A stretch of DNA of 64,000 nucleotides from Sulfitobacter sp. Its GTDB lineage: Bacteria; Pseudomonadota; Alphaproteobacteria; Rhodobacterales; Rhodobacteraceae. The notes under the pieces were generated by a model. It made no database searches. It had not been told where the DNA came from and worked only from the letters and a program-made list of their open reading frames with translations. Made by a program: the position numbers and the translations under genes. Every line of letters begins with the position of its first letter. Position 1 is the first letter of the stretch. The stretch covers positions 14,195 through 78,194 of the forward strand of contig JAGXFI010000065.1 of NCBI GenBank assembly GCA_024637305.1. The letters run 5' to 3'. This document shows positions 28,757-38,533 of this stretch, piece by piece.

Positions 28757-29632
28757 TCAGCCACGGCCTGCATCGCCCCATTCAAGCCAGGCGCGTTCCC
28801 CTGCCGGCAGTGCAGCGTCCATCATGGCATCGTATGCTGCAAGGTCGTCGTCGCTCAGCACACCCTCCCACTTTCGAGAGGTCGCGCTGTCAAAGAAACC
28901 CGCGTCGGCCTTCCAGAATCCCTGTCCGGCTGACGGCGTGAACCGGGCCGCGTTGGCCTTCATGTTGTCGAAGGTCGCAGCTTGGGCGATCGCGGCCATG
29001 ACATCGGGCGAAACGCTTGTACCCACATGTTCGGCCACCTTCGCCACTGCACCGGGCAGGTCGCGCAGCATGTCGGAATAGTGCAGGCGGATCAGGTTCT
29101 CGCGCGGCGCGCGCGCCAGTGTGCAGCGGTAATGGTCGAGCAGCGGTTTCAGGCCGCGATGATCTACCGTCTCGTTCAGGAAGTCCCGAAAGCTCTCCGA
29201 CGGATTGTCCGGCAAGGCAGCCTGCCCCATATCGCGGGCCATGTTGGCCAGGTGTTTGCGATAGGAGAAATGCACGTCGATCGGGTGCCGGTAGACGGTG
29301 ACGTAACGCACCTCGGACCAGTAGGGAATGCCGTCAAAGGGCGTGTGCGTCTTGACCTGCCGCCGGTGCGCCTGCGCCTCAAGCCGGGCCATGACCTCGC
29401 CGAGGTCGCGAATGTTGATGTCGATCCAGGGCGATCTCATCGAGGTCTGGGCATCCACCTCCGGGTCGCCCGCGATGAGCATGGCAAGAATGCCTTGCAT
29501 CCAGGTCGTGCCCGATTTCGGGGGAGTGGATACAACGATGTCACCCGCTCGCGCCACGAAGGCCGCCCAGCGGGTGCTGTCGGTGATGGCATCGGTGTAG
29601 GTGCGGCGGGCTGGTTCTGGGTTGGCGGTCAT
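28757..29632 (-). CDS. PAPS-dependent sulfotransferase (Sulfotransfer_1-like)
   Basis: Canonical 5'-phosphosulfate-binding loop PPKSGTTWMQ near the N-terminus, a C-terminal RKWEG region, and an AAGGAG RBS. Confidence 0.85.
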   Translation of the reverse strand: MTANPEPARRTYTDAITDSTRWAAFVARAGDIVVSTPPKSGTTWMQGILAMLIAGDPEVDAQTSMRSPWIDINIRDLGEVMARLEAQAHRRQVKTHTPFDGIPYWSEVRYVTVYRHPIDVHFSYRKHLANMARDMGQAALPDNPSESFRDFLNETVDHRGLKPLLDHYRCTLARAPRENLIRLHYSDMLRDLPGAVAKVAEHVGTSVSPDVMAAIAQAATFDNMKANAARFTPSAGQGFWKADAGFFDSATSRKWEGVLSDDDLAAYDAMMDAALPAGERAWLEWGDAGRG

Positions 29633-29653
29633 TCGTGGCTCCTTATTGTGGCG

Positions 29654-30172
29654 TCAAAGGTCGAGTTGCATGAATTTCAACGTCCACGCATAGGCGCTCG
29701 ATGTCGTGGCGACACCACTTTCAGGGTACGGGTCGATGAAGCGGAAACCCATGGATTGATACAGCGTCTGCATCTCGACATTGTCGCGGAAGGTGTCGGC
29801 GAAGAGATGTCGCCAGCCCATCGTGCGCGCGTCGTCGATGCGCGCCTGAACCAGACGGCGCGCTGTCCCCTGACCGCGTGCCTCGCGGCGGACGTAAAGC
29901 CGCTTCATCTCGCCTGCGTCAGGCCTGATCCGGCGCAGCGTGCCCCACCCCACTGCCAGCCCCGTGTCATCGCGGGCGATCCAGATGCGGCCATGGGGCG
30001 GCAGATATTGGTCGACATGGTGCCAGAAATCCTCAACCCAAAAGGGGATATCCACCGCCGAGGCTCCGATGGACACCAGCTTTGGCGAAAGTTCCTCATA
30101 GAAGCCGGTCAGCAGCGGGTCGATGGCGGCGCGGGCGGGAGCTTCGGTGCAAGAGGCAAGGTTGATCGTCAT
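29654..30172 (-). CDS. GNAT family N-acetyltransferase
   Basis: 172 aa with the acetyl-CoA binding motif RREARGQGTARRLV (Q/RxxGxG/A) and an AAGGAG RBS. Confidence 0.85.
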   Translation of the reverse strand: MTINLASCTEAPARAAIDPLLTGFYEELSPKLVSIGASAVDIPFWVEDFWHHVDQYLPPHGRIWIARDDTGLAVGWGTLRRIRPDAGEMKRLYVRREARGQGTARRLVQARIDDARTMGWRHLFADTFRDNVEMQTLYQSMGFRFIDPYPESGVATTSSAYAWTLKFMQLDL

Positions 30173-30385
30173 TCGCGTTACTCCTTGAAGAAAACGATGC
30201 TTGGCGCGACTGATGTGGCTGGGTGTTCCGGATGAAACCTCACTGTTGGTCCGGCTCCCCTATCTTCAGCGGAGCGCGGTCAGACTCGGCAAAAGCGTCG
30301 ATGAAGATCGGCGATGCCACCAGCGCGACCGCACCCACGATGTCCGCGGTCGAGACGAAATAAACCGAAGTAAAATCCATTGCCC

Positions 30386-31759
30386 CTACCCGTTGTCCGG
30401 AGTGCATGACGCGGCTTGACTGGACGCGAAATACGCGCGTGGGATCAGCCCCTTGGCATAGGCGTCTCGCTGCAACCCCTCGCGAAAATCTGGATGCGCG
30501 ATCGAGATCATCGCCATCGCGCGTTCAGCGACGGATTTGCCCTTCAGACAGACCAGCCCGAACTCGGTCGCCGCATACATCACGTCGGTCCGGGGCACGG
30601 TGACGATGGTGCCGCCGGGCAAGTCGAGAACCACCCGGCTTTTTCGCATCCCGCCCTTTTCATAGGTTGAAGGCATGCACAAATACGCCCGCCCCCCTTT
30701 GGACTGATAGGCCGCGCGCACGAACCCCAGTTGCCCGCCCGTACCGCTGAAATGCCGATGGCCCGAGGACTCAGACGCGGCCTGGCCCTGCAGGTCCATC
30801 TGTCCGGTGCTGTTGACGGCCACGACGTTGTCGTTGCGGGCCACCGAATGGGGCAGATTGGTGTAATCCACCGCCCGGGTCTGAAATACCCGATTGCGGT
30901 TGATATAGCGATAAAGCTCGGCTGACCCGATTGCAAAGGCATAGACCGCCTGACCCACGTCCATCTGTTTGCGCGCGCCGGTCGCAGCGCCGCATTTGAC
31001 CAGTTCCATCAGCCCTTCAACCATCATTTCGGTATGGATCCCCAGGTCCTTGACCCCCGCCTCTACCAGTGCCCGGCAGACCGCATTGGGCAATCCGCCG
31101 ATCCCGATCTGCAGGCAATCGCCGTCCGATATTTCCGCGCCAACCAGCCGGGCAATCGCAAGATCGGTGTCAGAGGTCACCGCGTTCGGCAGTTCGGCGG
31201 CAGGACGGCCATCGCCGTCGATGACAAAATCCACCTCACTTTCATGCACCGCGTTTTCCTGGCCATGGCACCAGGGCAGGTTCGGATTGACTTCGACGAT
31301 CACGATCTTTGCCTTTTCCACCAGCGCGCGGTGATAGGAGGCTGCACAGGAAAAGTTGTAGAACCCGTCAGCATCCTTTGGGCAGACCTGAATAATCCCG
31401 ATATCCACGCGGTCGACAAAACGGCGGTAAAGATCGGGCCATTCGCCAAGGTTCAGCGGGATGTAGTTGCAGCGCCCCGCATCATGTTGACGTCGATCAT
31501 AGCCCCCGAAATGCCAGTTGAGGCTGAGGATGCTTTCCCCGGTCGGGTCAGCCACATGAAACGCGCGGGGGCGCATTGTGATGCAACTGCGGACCTTTAC
31601 GCCCCTCAATTCAGACACCCGCGCGGCAAGCGCTGCATCGAAAACATCCGGCTGGCAAATCCCGAACCCGTAATCCAGCCACATGCCCGATTGCACAAGA
31701 CCGGCAGCCGCTTCGGCCGAGACGTGCTTGGCTGACTTACCGCAGGATTGAGCCGACAT
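30386..31759 (-). CDS. acetyl-CoA hydrolase/transferase family protein (4-hydroxybutyrate CoA-transferase-like)
   Basis: 457 aa with the GIGGLPNAV motif and SESSGHRHFSGTGGQLGF (a GxGGQxDF-like catalytic region). GAGGAG RBS. Confidence 0.88.
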   Translation of the reverse strand: MSAQSCGKSAKHVSAEAAAGLVQSGMWLDYGFGICQPDVFDAALAARVSELRGVKVRSCITMRPRAFHVADPTGESILSLNWHFGGYDRRQHDAGRCNYIPLNLGEWPDLYRRFVDRVDIGIIQVCPKDADGFYNFSCAASYHRALVEKAKIVIVEVNPNLPWCHGQENAVHESEVDFVIDGDGRPAAELPNAVTSDTDLAIARLVGAEISDGDCLQIGIGGLPNAVCRALVEAGVKDLGIHTEMMVEGLMELVKCGAATGARKQMDVGQAVYAFAIGSAELYRYINRNRVFQTRAVDYTNLPHSVARNDNVVAVNSTGQMDLQGQAASESSGHRHFSGTGGQLGFVRAAYQSKGGRAYLCMPSTYEKGGMRKSRVVLDLPGGTIVTVPRTDVMYAATEFGLVCLKGKSVAERAMAMISIAHPDFREGLQRDAYAKGLIPRAYFASSQAASCTPDNG

Positions 31760-31810
31760 GGGTCTTTTCTCCTCTTTGCATGCGCCAGTTGACCTTGCCG
31801 TGAGGCGGGA

Positions 31811-32218
31811 TCATTGCCTGGCCTCGGCGGGAATGGCCGCAAGATCGAGCGTCCAGGCGGGGCGAGACTCGGTCCAGTAGGCGATGGTGGGCGGCGGCAG
31901 GTCGGTTGCGTCGAAGAAACCGCCACCGACTGCGATCTCGCGTGGCAGAGCGTCGAGCCGCCACCAGACGGTGCCGCCGCAGGTTGCGCACAGGTTGCAG
32001 TCAACGCCGCGTCCGTCTTGTCCGGCGCGGCGGAAGGTTTTGGTCGCGCCGGTCACCATGACATCTGCCTCGGGCCAGTAGAGCGTCCAGTTGAAGGGCG
32101 AGCCGGTCTTACGGCGGCAGTCGGCGCAGCTGCAAAGCATCGACCGTTTCGGTTCGCCGCGTGTCTGGACCTGCACCGCGCCACAGGCGCAGCGGGCGTG
32201 CCTGATTGTCTGTGTCAT
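31811..32218 (-). CDS. GFA family (CENP-V/glutathione-dependent formaldehyde-activating-like) zinc protein
   Basis: 135 aa with the Cys pattern CACG...CSCADCRRKTGSPF...CATCGG. GGGAGG RBS. Starts 1 nt after the upstream stop. Confidence 0.85.
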   Translation of the reverse strand: MTQTIRHARCACGAVQVQTRGEPKRSMLCSCADCRRKTGSPFNWTLYWPEADVMVTGATKTFRRAGQDGRGVDCNLCATCGGTVWWRLDALPREIAVGGGFFDATDLPPPTIAYWTESRPAWTLDLAAIPAEARQ

Positions 32219-32219
32219 C

Positions 32220-33767
32220 TCAGTCCTCCCGCAACAGGCGGCGCAGGATCTTGCCGCTGGGGGATTTCGGGATCGCCTCGACGAAGCGGATGGTGGCGGG
32301 CAGCTTGTAGGTCGCCAACAGCACGGCCAGATGCGCCAGGATCGCTGCCGTGTCCACGGTGCTGCCGGACTGGCGCACCACGAAGGCCACCGGCACCTCG
32401 CCCGCGTCCTGGTCCGGACGGCCGATCACGGCCGCGTCGGCAATGTCGGGATGGGTCAGCAGCGCTGCCTCCACCTCGGCGGGGGCGACCTGGAAGCCCT
32501 TGACCTTTATCAGTTCCTTGAGCCGATCGTGGAGAGTCAGATAGCCGTCCGCGCCGAAGCTCCCCAGATCGCCGGTACGCAGCCAGCCGTCCGGCGTGAT
32601 CGTCGCCGCAGTCGCCTCGGGGTTGCCGTGATAGCCCTTCATGACATGCGGGCCGCGGACCCAAAGCTCGCCCAGAGGCGCGTCCTGCCCCGTCTCGGGG
32701 TCGACAATACGGCACTCCGCGTTGGGCACGGCCACACCGACACTACCAGGGCGGTTGGTGTCGAGCGGCGTGGCGTGGCTGGTCGTTGTCAACTCGGTCA
32801 TGCCATAGCCTTGCACGGCCACGATCCCGAGGCGGTGCGCAACCACCTCGGCAACCTCTCCGCCCAGCGGGGCCGCTGCGGACAAAAGCCGCCGGGTGGC
32901 AGACAGATCGAAGTCTCCCACAACGGGATGCTTGGCCAACGCGACCGCCACTGGCGGCACCACGAACATCATCGGCGTGCGATAATCGGCACATAGCCGC
33001 AGGAACAGGGCAAGGTCGAAGCGCGGCATGGTCACGAGTTTCGCGCCCATCACCAGATGCAGGTTCAACAGCACGGTCTGCCCGAACATGTGAAAGAAAG
33101 GCAGAAAGGCGACGGTCCATTCGCCCGGTTTGACGATGGCGAACGGCACGTTCTGGTCCATGTTCACAGTGAGGTTGCGATGGGTCAGCATCACCCCTTT
33201 CGGGCGACCTGTGGTACCCGAGGAATAGGGCAGCACCGCCACGTGGTCGGTAACGTCCACCGGCACCTGCGCGGGCAACGGATCGCCCATCCAGTCCGAC
33301 AGCGGCGAAGCGTCAGATCCGTCGCCCGCCCCCGCGCCGATCACGGCGATCTCGGTGATGGCGGTGCCGGTGGTGGCCGTGCGGGCGGTCTCGACCAGTT
33401 CCGGGGTGGTGATCAGCCGCGTGGCACCGCTGTCGACCAGTTGGTGATGGATCTCGGCGGTGGTGTAGGCCGGATTGATCGTCGTGACGGTGCCACCCGC
33501 ATAGAGCGGACCGTGATAGGCGATGGCATATTCCGGCATGTTGGGGGCAAGGATCGCGGTCACCTCGCCCGGTGTCATGCCGCGCGCGACCAGCCCGCCC
33601 GCCAGCCGGGCGACGCCAAGGGCCAGCGCCTGCGCGGTCAGTTCGCGGCCCGTCGGACCATCGACCATGACGACCTCCTGCGGGTGCCCGGCAAGGCCGG
33701 CCAGGAGCTTTTCGGTGATGGTCTGCCCGGTCAGGGGCACGGGCGGCAGAGGGCTGTTGTAGATCAT
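32220..33767 (-). CDS. 4-coumarate:CoA ligase-like AMP-binding enzyme
   Basis: N-terminus IYNSPLPPVPL (4CL-like), with YSSGTTGRPKGVMLTH, GYGMTE, GELWVRGPHVMKGY (box II-like), KELIKVKGFQVAPAEVE and GKILRR. Confidence 0.9.
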   Translation of the reverse strand: MIYNSPLPPVPLTGQTITEKLLAGLAGHPQEVVMVDGPTGRELTAQALALGVARLAGGLVARGMTPGEVTAILAPNMPEYAIAYHGPLYAGGTVTTINPAYTTAEIHHQLVDSGATRLITTPELVETARTATTGTAITEIAVIGAGAGDGSDASPLSDWMGDPLPAQVPVDVTDHVAVLPYSSGTTGRPKGVMLTHRNLTVNMDQNVPFAIVKPGEWTVAFLPFFHMFGQTVLLNLHLVMGAKLVTMPRFDLALFLRLCADYRTPMMFVVPPVAVALAKHPVVGDFDLSATRRLLSAAAPLGGEVAEVVAHRLGIVAVQGYGMTELTTTSHATPLDTNRPGSVGVAVPNAECRIVDPETGQDAPLGELWVRGPHVMKGYHGNPEATAATITPDGWLRTGDLGSFGADGYLTLHDRLKELIKVKGFQVAPAEVEAALLTHPDIADAAVIGRPDQDAGEVPVAFVVRQSGSTVDTAAILAHLAVLLATYKLPATIRFVEAIPKSPSGKILRRLLRED

Positions 33768-33800
33768 GGATCCTCCATCATTTGATTTGGTCTTGTCCGG

Positions 33801-34190
33801 TCATGGCGCGGAGTCGCCAGGTTGTGGCGGCAATTGCACGATGGCGAGGCGCACATCCTCGTCATCAATCACCGTGGTCGTGTGACCCGTGCCCGCTATA
33901 TCCTCCATCCGCCAGATCGCGCCCGCGCCGAACTCGCGCGTCTCGCCGTCCCCGGCCTGCACCCTCAGGCGACCCGACAGGCAAAAGGCGACCTGCCGGC
34001 GCGGCGATGGATGCGGCAGCCCGCCCCACCCGGCGGGCAGGACAAGGTAGAGCAATCCGGTCGCCGCCTCGGTGGCCGAGATCGGCATGGCGGGTGCCGG
34101 CGGGGCGAAAGAGCCAGCTGTCAGCGGAACGACCGGGTCCGAGAAATGCGAAACACCGCTGGCATCTTCGGTCAGGTGCAGGAAGGGCAT
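33801..34190 (-). CDS. cupin-like small protein
   Basis: Beta-rich sequence (GLLYLVLPAGWGGLPHPSPRRQVAFCLSGRLRVQAGDGETREFGAGAIW). Start uncertain: ATG at 34190, TTG at 34205 (preceded by AAGGAGA), or 34265. Confidence 0.55.
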   Translation of the reverse strand: MPFLHLTEDASGVSHFSDPVVPLTAGSFAPPAPAMPISATEAATGLLYLVLPAGWGGLPHPSPRRQVAFCLSGRLRVQAGDGETREFGAGAIWRMEDIAGTGHTTTVIDDEDVRLAIVQLPPQPGDSAP

Positions 34191-34324
34191 GGCGTCGATG
34201 GGCAAGTGTCTGTCTCCTTTTGTCAGGCGTGCAACAGGGTTCGTTGCGGGTCTGCCGGCGGCCATTCAAGCTTCGCGGCGTGCGCGAAATGGCGTGTCTC
34301 CGGCTTGACGCGGTGGCGGCTTCC

Positions 34325-35131
34325 TCATCCCACGGGCTTCGTGGCGATCATCGTGACGAAGGGCAGAAAACCGTAAAGCGTTCCGGCCTCGGCGCGGCGC
34401 AGGTACTCGGCCTCCAGCGCATCGGCCAAGGATTGGCCAATCACGCCTTCATCCACCAGACGTGCCGATGCCATTCTGACCCAGACCAAATTGCCCATCC
34501 CGTCCGTCACCACGCGGTTCGCGGTGCCAAAATGGTCGACTGCCAGCCCGGCCGCGCGGGCCAGCGGCTTGAGCTTGCCCGCAAGCCAGGCGTCGGTTAC
34601 AGACCCGGCCACGAAAGCCTGGGCACAGGCCCCAAGAGGATCGCCTGGCCCGAGCCCAAGCGCGGCCTTTGAAAAATCAGCGTCGCAAACCACCAGTGTG
34701 CCGCTAGGGCGCAAAAGACGCGCGGCCTCCGCGACCAGCGGGGCGGGGTCAGCCACATGGGACAGCACGGTGTGCAGGATGGCGATGTCTGCGCTGTCGT
34801 CCGCGAGGTCGAGCGCGGCACCGTCGCCAACGCGAAACTCCAGGTTCGCCCGGTCGCCCGCCAGCGCCCGCGCCTTGTCCGTCAGGGCGATGGACGGCTC
34901 CACGCCGATGACCAAGGCCTGCCCGAAGCGGTCGGCGATCCGCCGCGTCACGCCGCCGGTGCCGCAGCCGATATCGACGATCAGCGATCCATCAGGCGGG
35001 TCGAGCCTGTCGAGATAGGCGTCGATCACCGGCAGCATGTCGGGGTCCGCCGCGCGGACCTCCAGCGCGGTGGCGATGATCCCGATCAGGTCCGGCGAGG
35101 AGGCATCGACATCGGCGAAAGGATCGCTCAT
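34325..35131 (-). CDS. class I SAM-dependent methyltransferase
   Basis: SAM motif I LIVDIGCGTGGVT. Start trimmed to MSDPFADV, which overlaps the upstream stop as ATGA (35128-35131). Confidence 0.85.
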   Translation of the reverse strand: MSDPFADVDASSPDLIGIIATALEVRAADPDMLPVIDAYLDRLDPPDGSLIVDIGCGTGGVTRRIADRFGQALVIGVEPSIALTDKARALAGDRANLEFRVGDGAALDLADDSADIAILHTVLSHVADPAPLVAEAARLLRPSGTLVVCDADFSKAALGLGPGDPLGACAQAFVAGSVTDAWLAGKLKPLARAAGLAVDHFGTANRVVTDGMGNLVWVRMASARLVDEGVIGQSLADALEAEYLRRAEAGTLYGFLPFVTMIATKPVG

Positions 35132-35511
35132 CCCGCCACCTGCCGGGCATAGTCTTCGGCGTCGAACCAGCCAAGCGAGGCCGCGACCTTGCCTTCGGGG
35201 TCCATATCCCATTCCTCCCAGCCCGTTATCCGCAGCGGGTTGCTTGTTTCGGCGTGGTGGCCGGTGAACGTCCACAGATAAACGACATGATCACCCGCGA
35301 CGCGCAGCCCGTCGCAGACAAGGCTCAGATCCGGCACATCCGCGAAGAACCCGGCCGCCATCGCGGCGACGCCGCCGCGCCCTTCCCACGGGGTGCCGCG
35401 ATTGATGACGATGCTGCCAGTCTCGGCATAGAATGACGCCACGGCCTCGGCCGAGCCGCTGTTCCAGGCGGCGGTGTAGTCGGCGGCGATGGCAGTGATG
35501 TCAGGCTTCAT
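35128..35511 (-). CDS. NTF2/SnoaL-like small protein
   Basis: 127 aa (MKPDITAIAADYTAAWNSGSAEAVASFYAE...), the typical SnoaL-like N-terminal pattern. Start trimmed from 35760; overlaps the upstream stop by 11 nt. Confidence 0.75.
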   Translation of the reverse strand: MKPDITAIAADYTAAWNSGSAEAVASFYAETGSIVINRGTPWEGRGGVAAMAAGFFADVPDLSLVCDGLRVAGDHVVYLWTFTGHHAETSNPLRITGWEEWDMDPEGKVAASLGWFDAEDYARQVAG

Positions 35512-36163
35512 GTCTTGGCTCCTGCGAGGGGTCATCGGTCGGTTCGCCGCCGAACAGGGCCCAGAATTCGTCGCGGGCATTGCTGCGGGGGAATGGGTTG
35601 GCCGGCACCGGCACATCCAGAAATCGGCACAGCGGTTCCCAGCCATCCGACGGCGTGAAAACCAAAAGCCTGTCGGCCGGAACGGTGGCGCGGACCTTTT
35701 CGTTGTTGCGCCGGTAGGCTGCGATCGAACTTTCACGATCGAGGCCGCCAAAGACGCCATCGACCAGCAGTATTTCCATTGTGCCGAACATCTCGATTAT
35801 GGGCGGCGGCACGGGGAGCGATCTGTAGTGCAGGAAGAACTTGCCGATCGTCTTGGAGTAGCTCGCCCACCAGTCGTCTTCGGGCCGCTCGGTATGGATC
35901 ACCTTCGCATCAGGAAAGGCGGGCAGGATATCCTGCCAATAGGCAGCTCCCGGGAAGTCGACCTGCGAATTGTAGTCGGCGAAGACCTGCGTCCAATCGA
36001 CATCGCGCCCCGCCGCAAGCGCGTTCCAATACGCGGGCTGGTCGGGGTTTCCCATGACCTCGACCATGTGGTGGCAGGGACCAAAACCCAGCTCTTCGAG
36101 TGCCATCTTGGTCGACATCGTTCCGGTCCGGCCAAAACCGGAGCCGATAATCTTTAGTGCCAT
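35501..36163 (-). CDS. sulfotransferase family protein (Sulfotransfer_4-like)
   Basis: N-terminus IIGSGFGRTGTMSTKMALEELGFGPCHH matches the GxxRTGTxSxxxAL pattern of that family. AAGGAGA RBS. Confidence 0.8.
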   Translation of the reverse strand: MALKIIGSGFGRTGTMSTKMALEELGFGPCHHMVEVMGNPDQPAYWNALAAGRDVDWTQVFADYNSQVDFPGAAYWQDILPAFPDAKVIHTERPEDDWWASYSKTIGKFFLHYRSLPVPPPIIEMFGTMEILLVDGVFGGLDRESSIAAYRRNNEKVRATVPADRLLVFTPSDGWEPLCRFLDVPVPANPFPRSNARDEFWALFGGEPTDDPSQEPRHEA

Positions 36164-36416
36164 TCCACTCTCTCCTTGCTGCGTGTTCGCGATGTTGCGC
36201 CGAGGGGATCTCCATCCCAGTCGCCCTGGCTGCGCAGGGCGCGCTGGCAGGTGAAGGACGAAAACCCATCAGCATGCCCTGGTTGCTTTCGTCGGTGCGC
36301 TTCCGGTGTCGGCCGAGTTTGTAGGCGGCCTCGCGGTCCTCGTGCTCCTCCTCGGGAGCCGCGGTGCCGGCATCCGCGACACGCGGGTGCCGGCATGCGC
36401 CCACGCGCCGGTGGCG

Positions 36417-36842
36417 TCAGGTCCAGCCGAGAGCGCGCATCGACTGGGCGTCGTTCCAGATCTTGGTCATGTGCTTGATCTTCGGCCCGTCGAACGTCAT
36501 TGCATACACGTAGTCAGCCGCCACGCTGCGCCCGGTCGGCGGCACCGGCCCACCCTCGTCCGTGTGGGTCCCGTGGAACACCGCGAAACCCAGCACCGTG
36601 GCGCGCGCCTCGTCGGCGGCGAAGGCCTTCATCTCATAGCGGCCGTCTGGTGCCAGCTTCAGCAGTCCCTCCATCCAGCCGGCATAGGCCTCGATCGTGC
36701 CGATCTCCGCCAGGGCGTCGGACTGGCAGGAGAAAGTCGCGCCCGGCATGCAGAAGGGCGCGCAGGCGGCCCAGCCCTTGCCCGTCTCGATGGTGTCGAA
36801 GAACGCGGCGGCGGTGTCAGTCATTGTCATGGACTTGTTCAT
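36417..36842 (-). CDS. NTF2-like / ester cyclase (SnoaL-type) protein
   Basis: 141 aa with an AGGGAG RBS. Alpha+beta barrel-like sequence with a C-terminal ...KIKHMTKIWND pattern common in SnoaL-type polyketide-cyclase-like proteins. Confidence 0.7.
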   Translation of the reverse strand: MNKSMTMTDTAAAFFDTIETGKGWAACAPFCMPGATFSCQSDALAEIGTIEAYAGWMEGLLKLAPDGRYEMKAFAADEARATVLGFAVFHGTHTDEGGPVPPTGRSVAADYVYAMTFDGPKIKHMTKIWNDAQSMRALGWT

Positions 36843-36985
36843 TGTGTCGCTCCCTATCAGGTGGCCGCTATCTGGGGCGGCTTTTTCAAATGGGGCAGTT
36901 TTGCGCGGCGCTCGCTACAAGACCGGCTAAAAATATCTAAATCCAGGCGGGGAGGACCGGCATCCAGACCTGGGCAATGGCTCCT

Positions 36986-38533
36986 TTATCGCAGCGCGTC
37001 GGCGGCTTCGGGCGGCGCTAGGCCCGCCGCGATGCGAAAGAACATATGCGCCCGGGCGAGGTAGTCAGGGTTCGAACTCAGCCAGCGCCCCGCAAGCCGC
37101 GCCTCGACCAGGGTCGGCGCGATCGCCTCAACCTTTCGAAAGGCGGAACGGGCGCGGTCGATCCGCCCCGCCCCCACCCAGGCTATGGCCGCCAGGATCA
37201 GCGGCGTGGCACTGGTCGCGGACTCTGCCAGCGCGGCCTCGGCCGCCTCGGCAGCGGCGACATAGTTACGCACAGCGAATTGGGCAAAACCCAGCGCCGC
37301 AAGGAGTGAACCGCGCGCCGGATCACGCGGGCTGCGCCGCAGGGCGGCTTCGGCCAGTGGCAAGCCCCGCGCGGCCTCGCCGTGCAACCCCTCATAAAGC
37401 CCCAGCCAGGCAAGTGTCACCGCGCAGTTGGGGTTCATCTCATGGGCCTGCCGAAGTTCGGGCAGACCCGCATCGGGGCTCTGGTTCAGGAAATGCAGAA
37501 GCGCGCGCAGTCGGCGCGCATGGTGGTCGATCGGATCGGCCGCGATGGCGCGTGTGGCCGCGTCGATGCCCTCGGCAAGTGTCCTGGGAACCGAGTCGGT
37601 CGTAGCATGGTATACGTTCCACCAGGCGACCCAGGCCAGAACGCGCCACGCAAGCGCGGAGCCGGATTCGCGCGTCAGCGCCTGCCGGGCAAGCTCTGCC
37701 GCCCGGTCGCGGGCTTGCCGGTCATAGGCCATGTCTCCTGCCGAAATCACCGACCAGCCTTTGCGCGCCAGACCATGAGCCGTCAGATCGTCGGGGATAG
37801 CCATATGGATGCGTTCCGCCTCCGCCCGGTCGATCTGCGGCGAAAGGCAGGTGACGATCGCTCGGGCCACGCGCGCCTGCGTCTCAAAATGGCCCGCAAG
37901 ATCACGGTCGAAGTTCTCGGCCCAGACATGACCTCCGGTGGTCGCGTCGATCAACTGTGTTGTCACCCGCACATGACCGGGGGTCGCACGCACGCTGCCC
38001 TCGACAACATAGCGCACGCCAAGGTCGCGCGCGATCGTGCGCAGGTCGCGGGGCATGTCGCGATAGACGAAGGCCGAATTGCGCGCGACCACGAAGAGAT
38101 CGCGGAAACGGGAAAGCTCGGTCGTGATATCCTCGACGAATCCATCTGCCAACCAGTCGAATTCCGCGTCGCCCCCGAGGTTTGAAAACGGCAGAACGAC
38201 GACAGAAGGCCTATCGGGCAAGGCCAAAGGTGCCGTTTCTGGCGCGACCTCCAGCCCGAACCGCAATCCCCGTCCGGGCACGGTCACGATGGCCTCGGCC
38301 CCAAGGATGCGGCGCAGGTTGGCGACTTGGACATTCAGGTTGTTTTCGCCCACGACCGCATCGGGCCAGACGACCTCCATGATCTCGTCGCGACCGACCA
38401 CGCGGTCACGATGCGCAATAAGGAGCTCCAGAAGATCGAAGGCGCGGGCCCCGACCAGAAGGGTCGACGATGCCCGTGTCAGCCGCCGTGTTCTGCGGTG
38501 CAGAACGAATTCCGAGAAACGAATGCTGTCCAT
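36986..38533 (-). CDS. OmpR/CadC-type winged-helix transcriptional regulator with TolB-like and TPR-like C-terminal region
   Basis: N-terminus FVLHRRTRRLTRASSTLLVGARAFDLLELLIAHRDRVVGRDEIMEVVWPDAVVGENNLNVQVANLRRILG is a trans_reg_C domain. The long helical repeat C-terminus has no receiver domain. Confidence 0.85.
   Translation of the reverse strand: MDSIRFSEFVLHRRTRRLTRASSTLLVGARAFDLLELLIAHRDRVVGRDEIMEVVWPDAVVGENNLNVQVANLRRILGAEAIVTVPGRGLRFGLEVAPETAPLALPDRPSVVVLPFSNLGGDAEFDWLADGFVEDITTELSRFRDLFVVARNSAFVYRDMPRDLRTIARDLGVRYVVEGSVRATPGHVRVTTQLIDATTGGHVWAENFDRDLAGHFETQARVARAIVTCLSPQIDRAEAERIHMAIPDDLTAHGLARKGWSVISAGDMAYDRQARDRAAELARQALTRESGSALAWRVLAWVAWWNVYHATTDSVPRTLAEGIDAATRAIAADPIDHHARRLRALLHFLNQSPDAGLPELRQAHEMNPNCAVTLAWLGLYEGLHGEAARGLPLAEAALRRSPRDPARGSLLAALGFAQFAVRNYVAAAEAAEAALAESATSATPLILAAIAWVGAGRIDRARSAFRKVEAIAPTLVEARLAGRWLSSNPDYLARAHMFFRIAAGLAPPEAADALR

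Noticed and set aside
28982-30235. 417-aa plus-strand ORF
   Set aside because: It is antisense to the sulfotransferase and GNAT genes, both of which have canonical motifs and strong RBSs.
35512-35760. N-terminal extension of the SnoaL-like ORF; similar extensions at 35132-35275 and 12135-12308
   Set aside because: Each extension overlaps the upstream gene out of frame. The internal starts give typical domain lengths and start/stop coupling.
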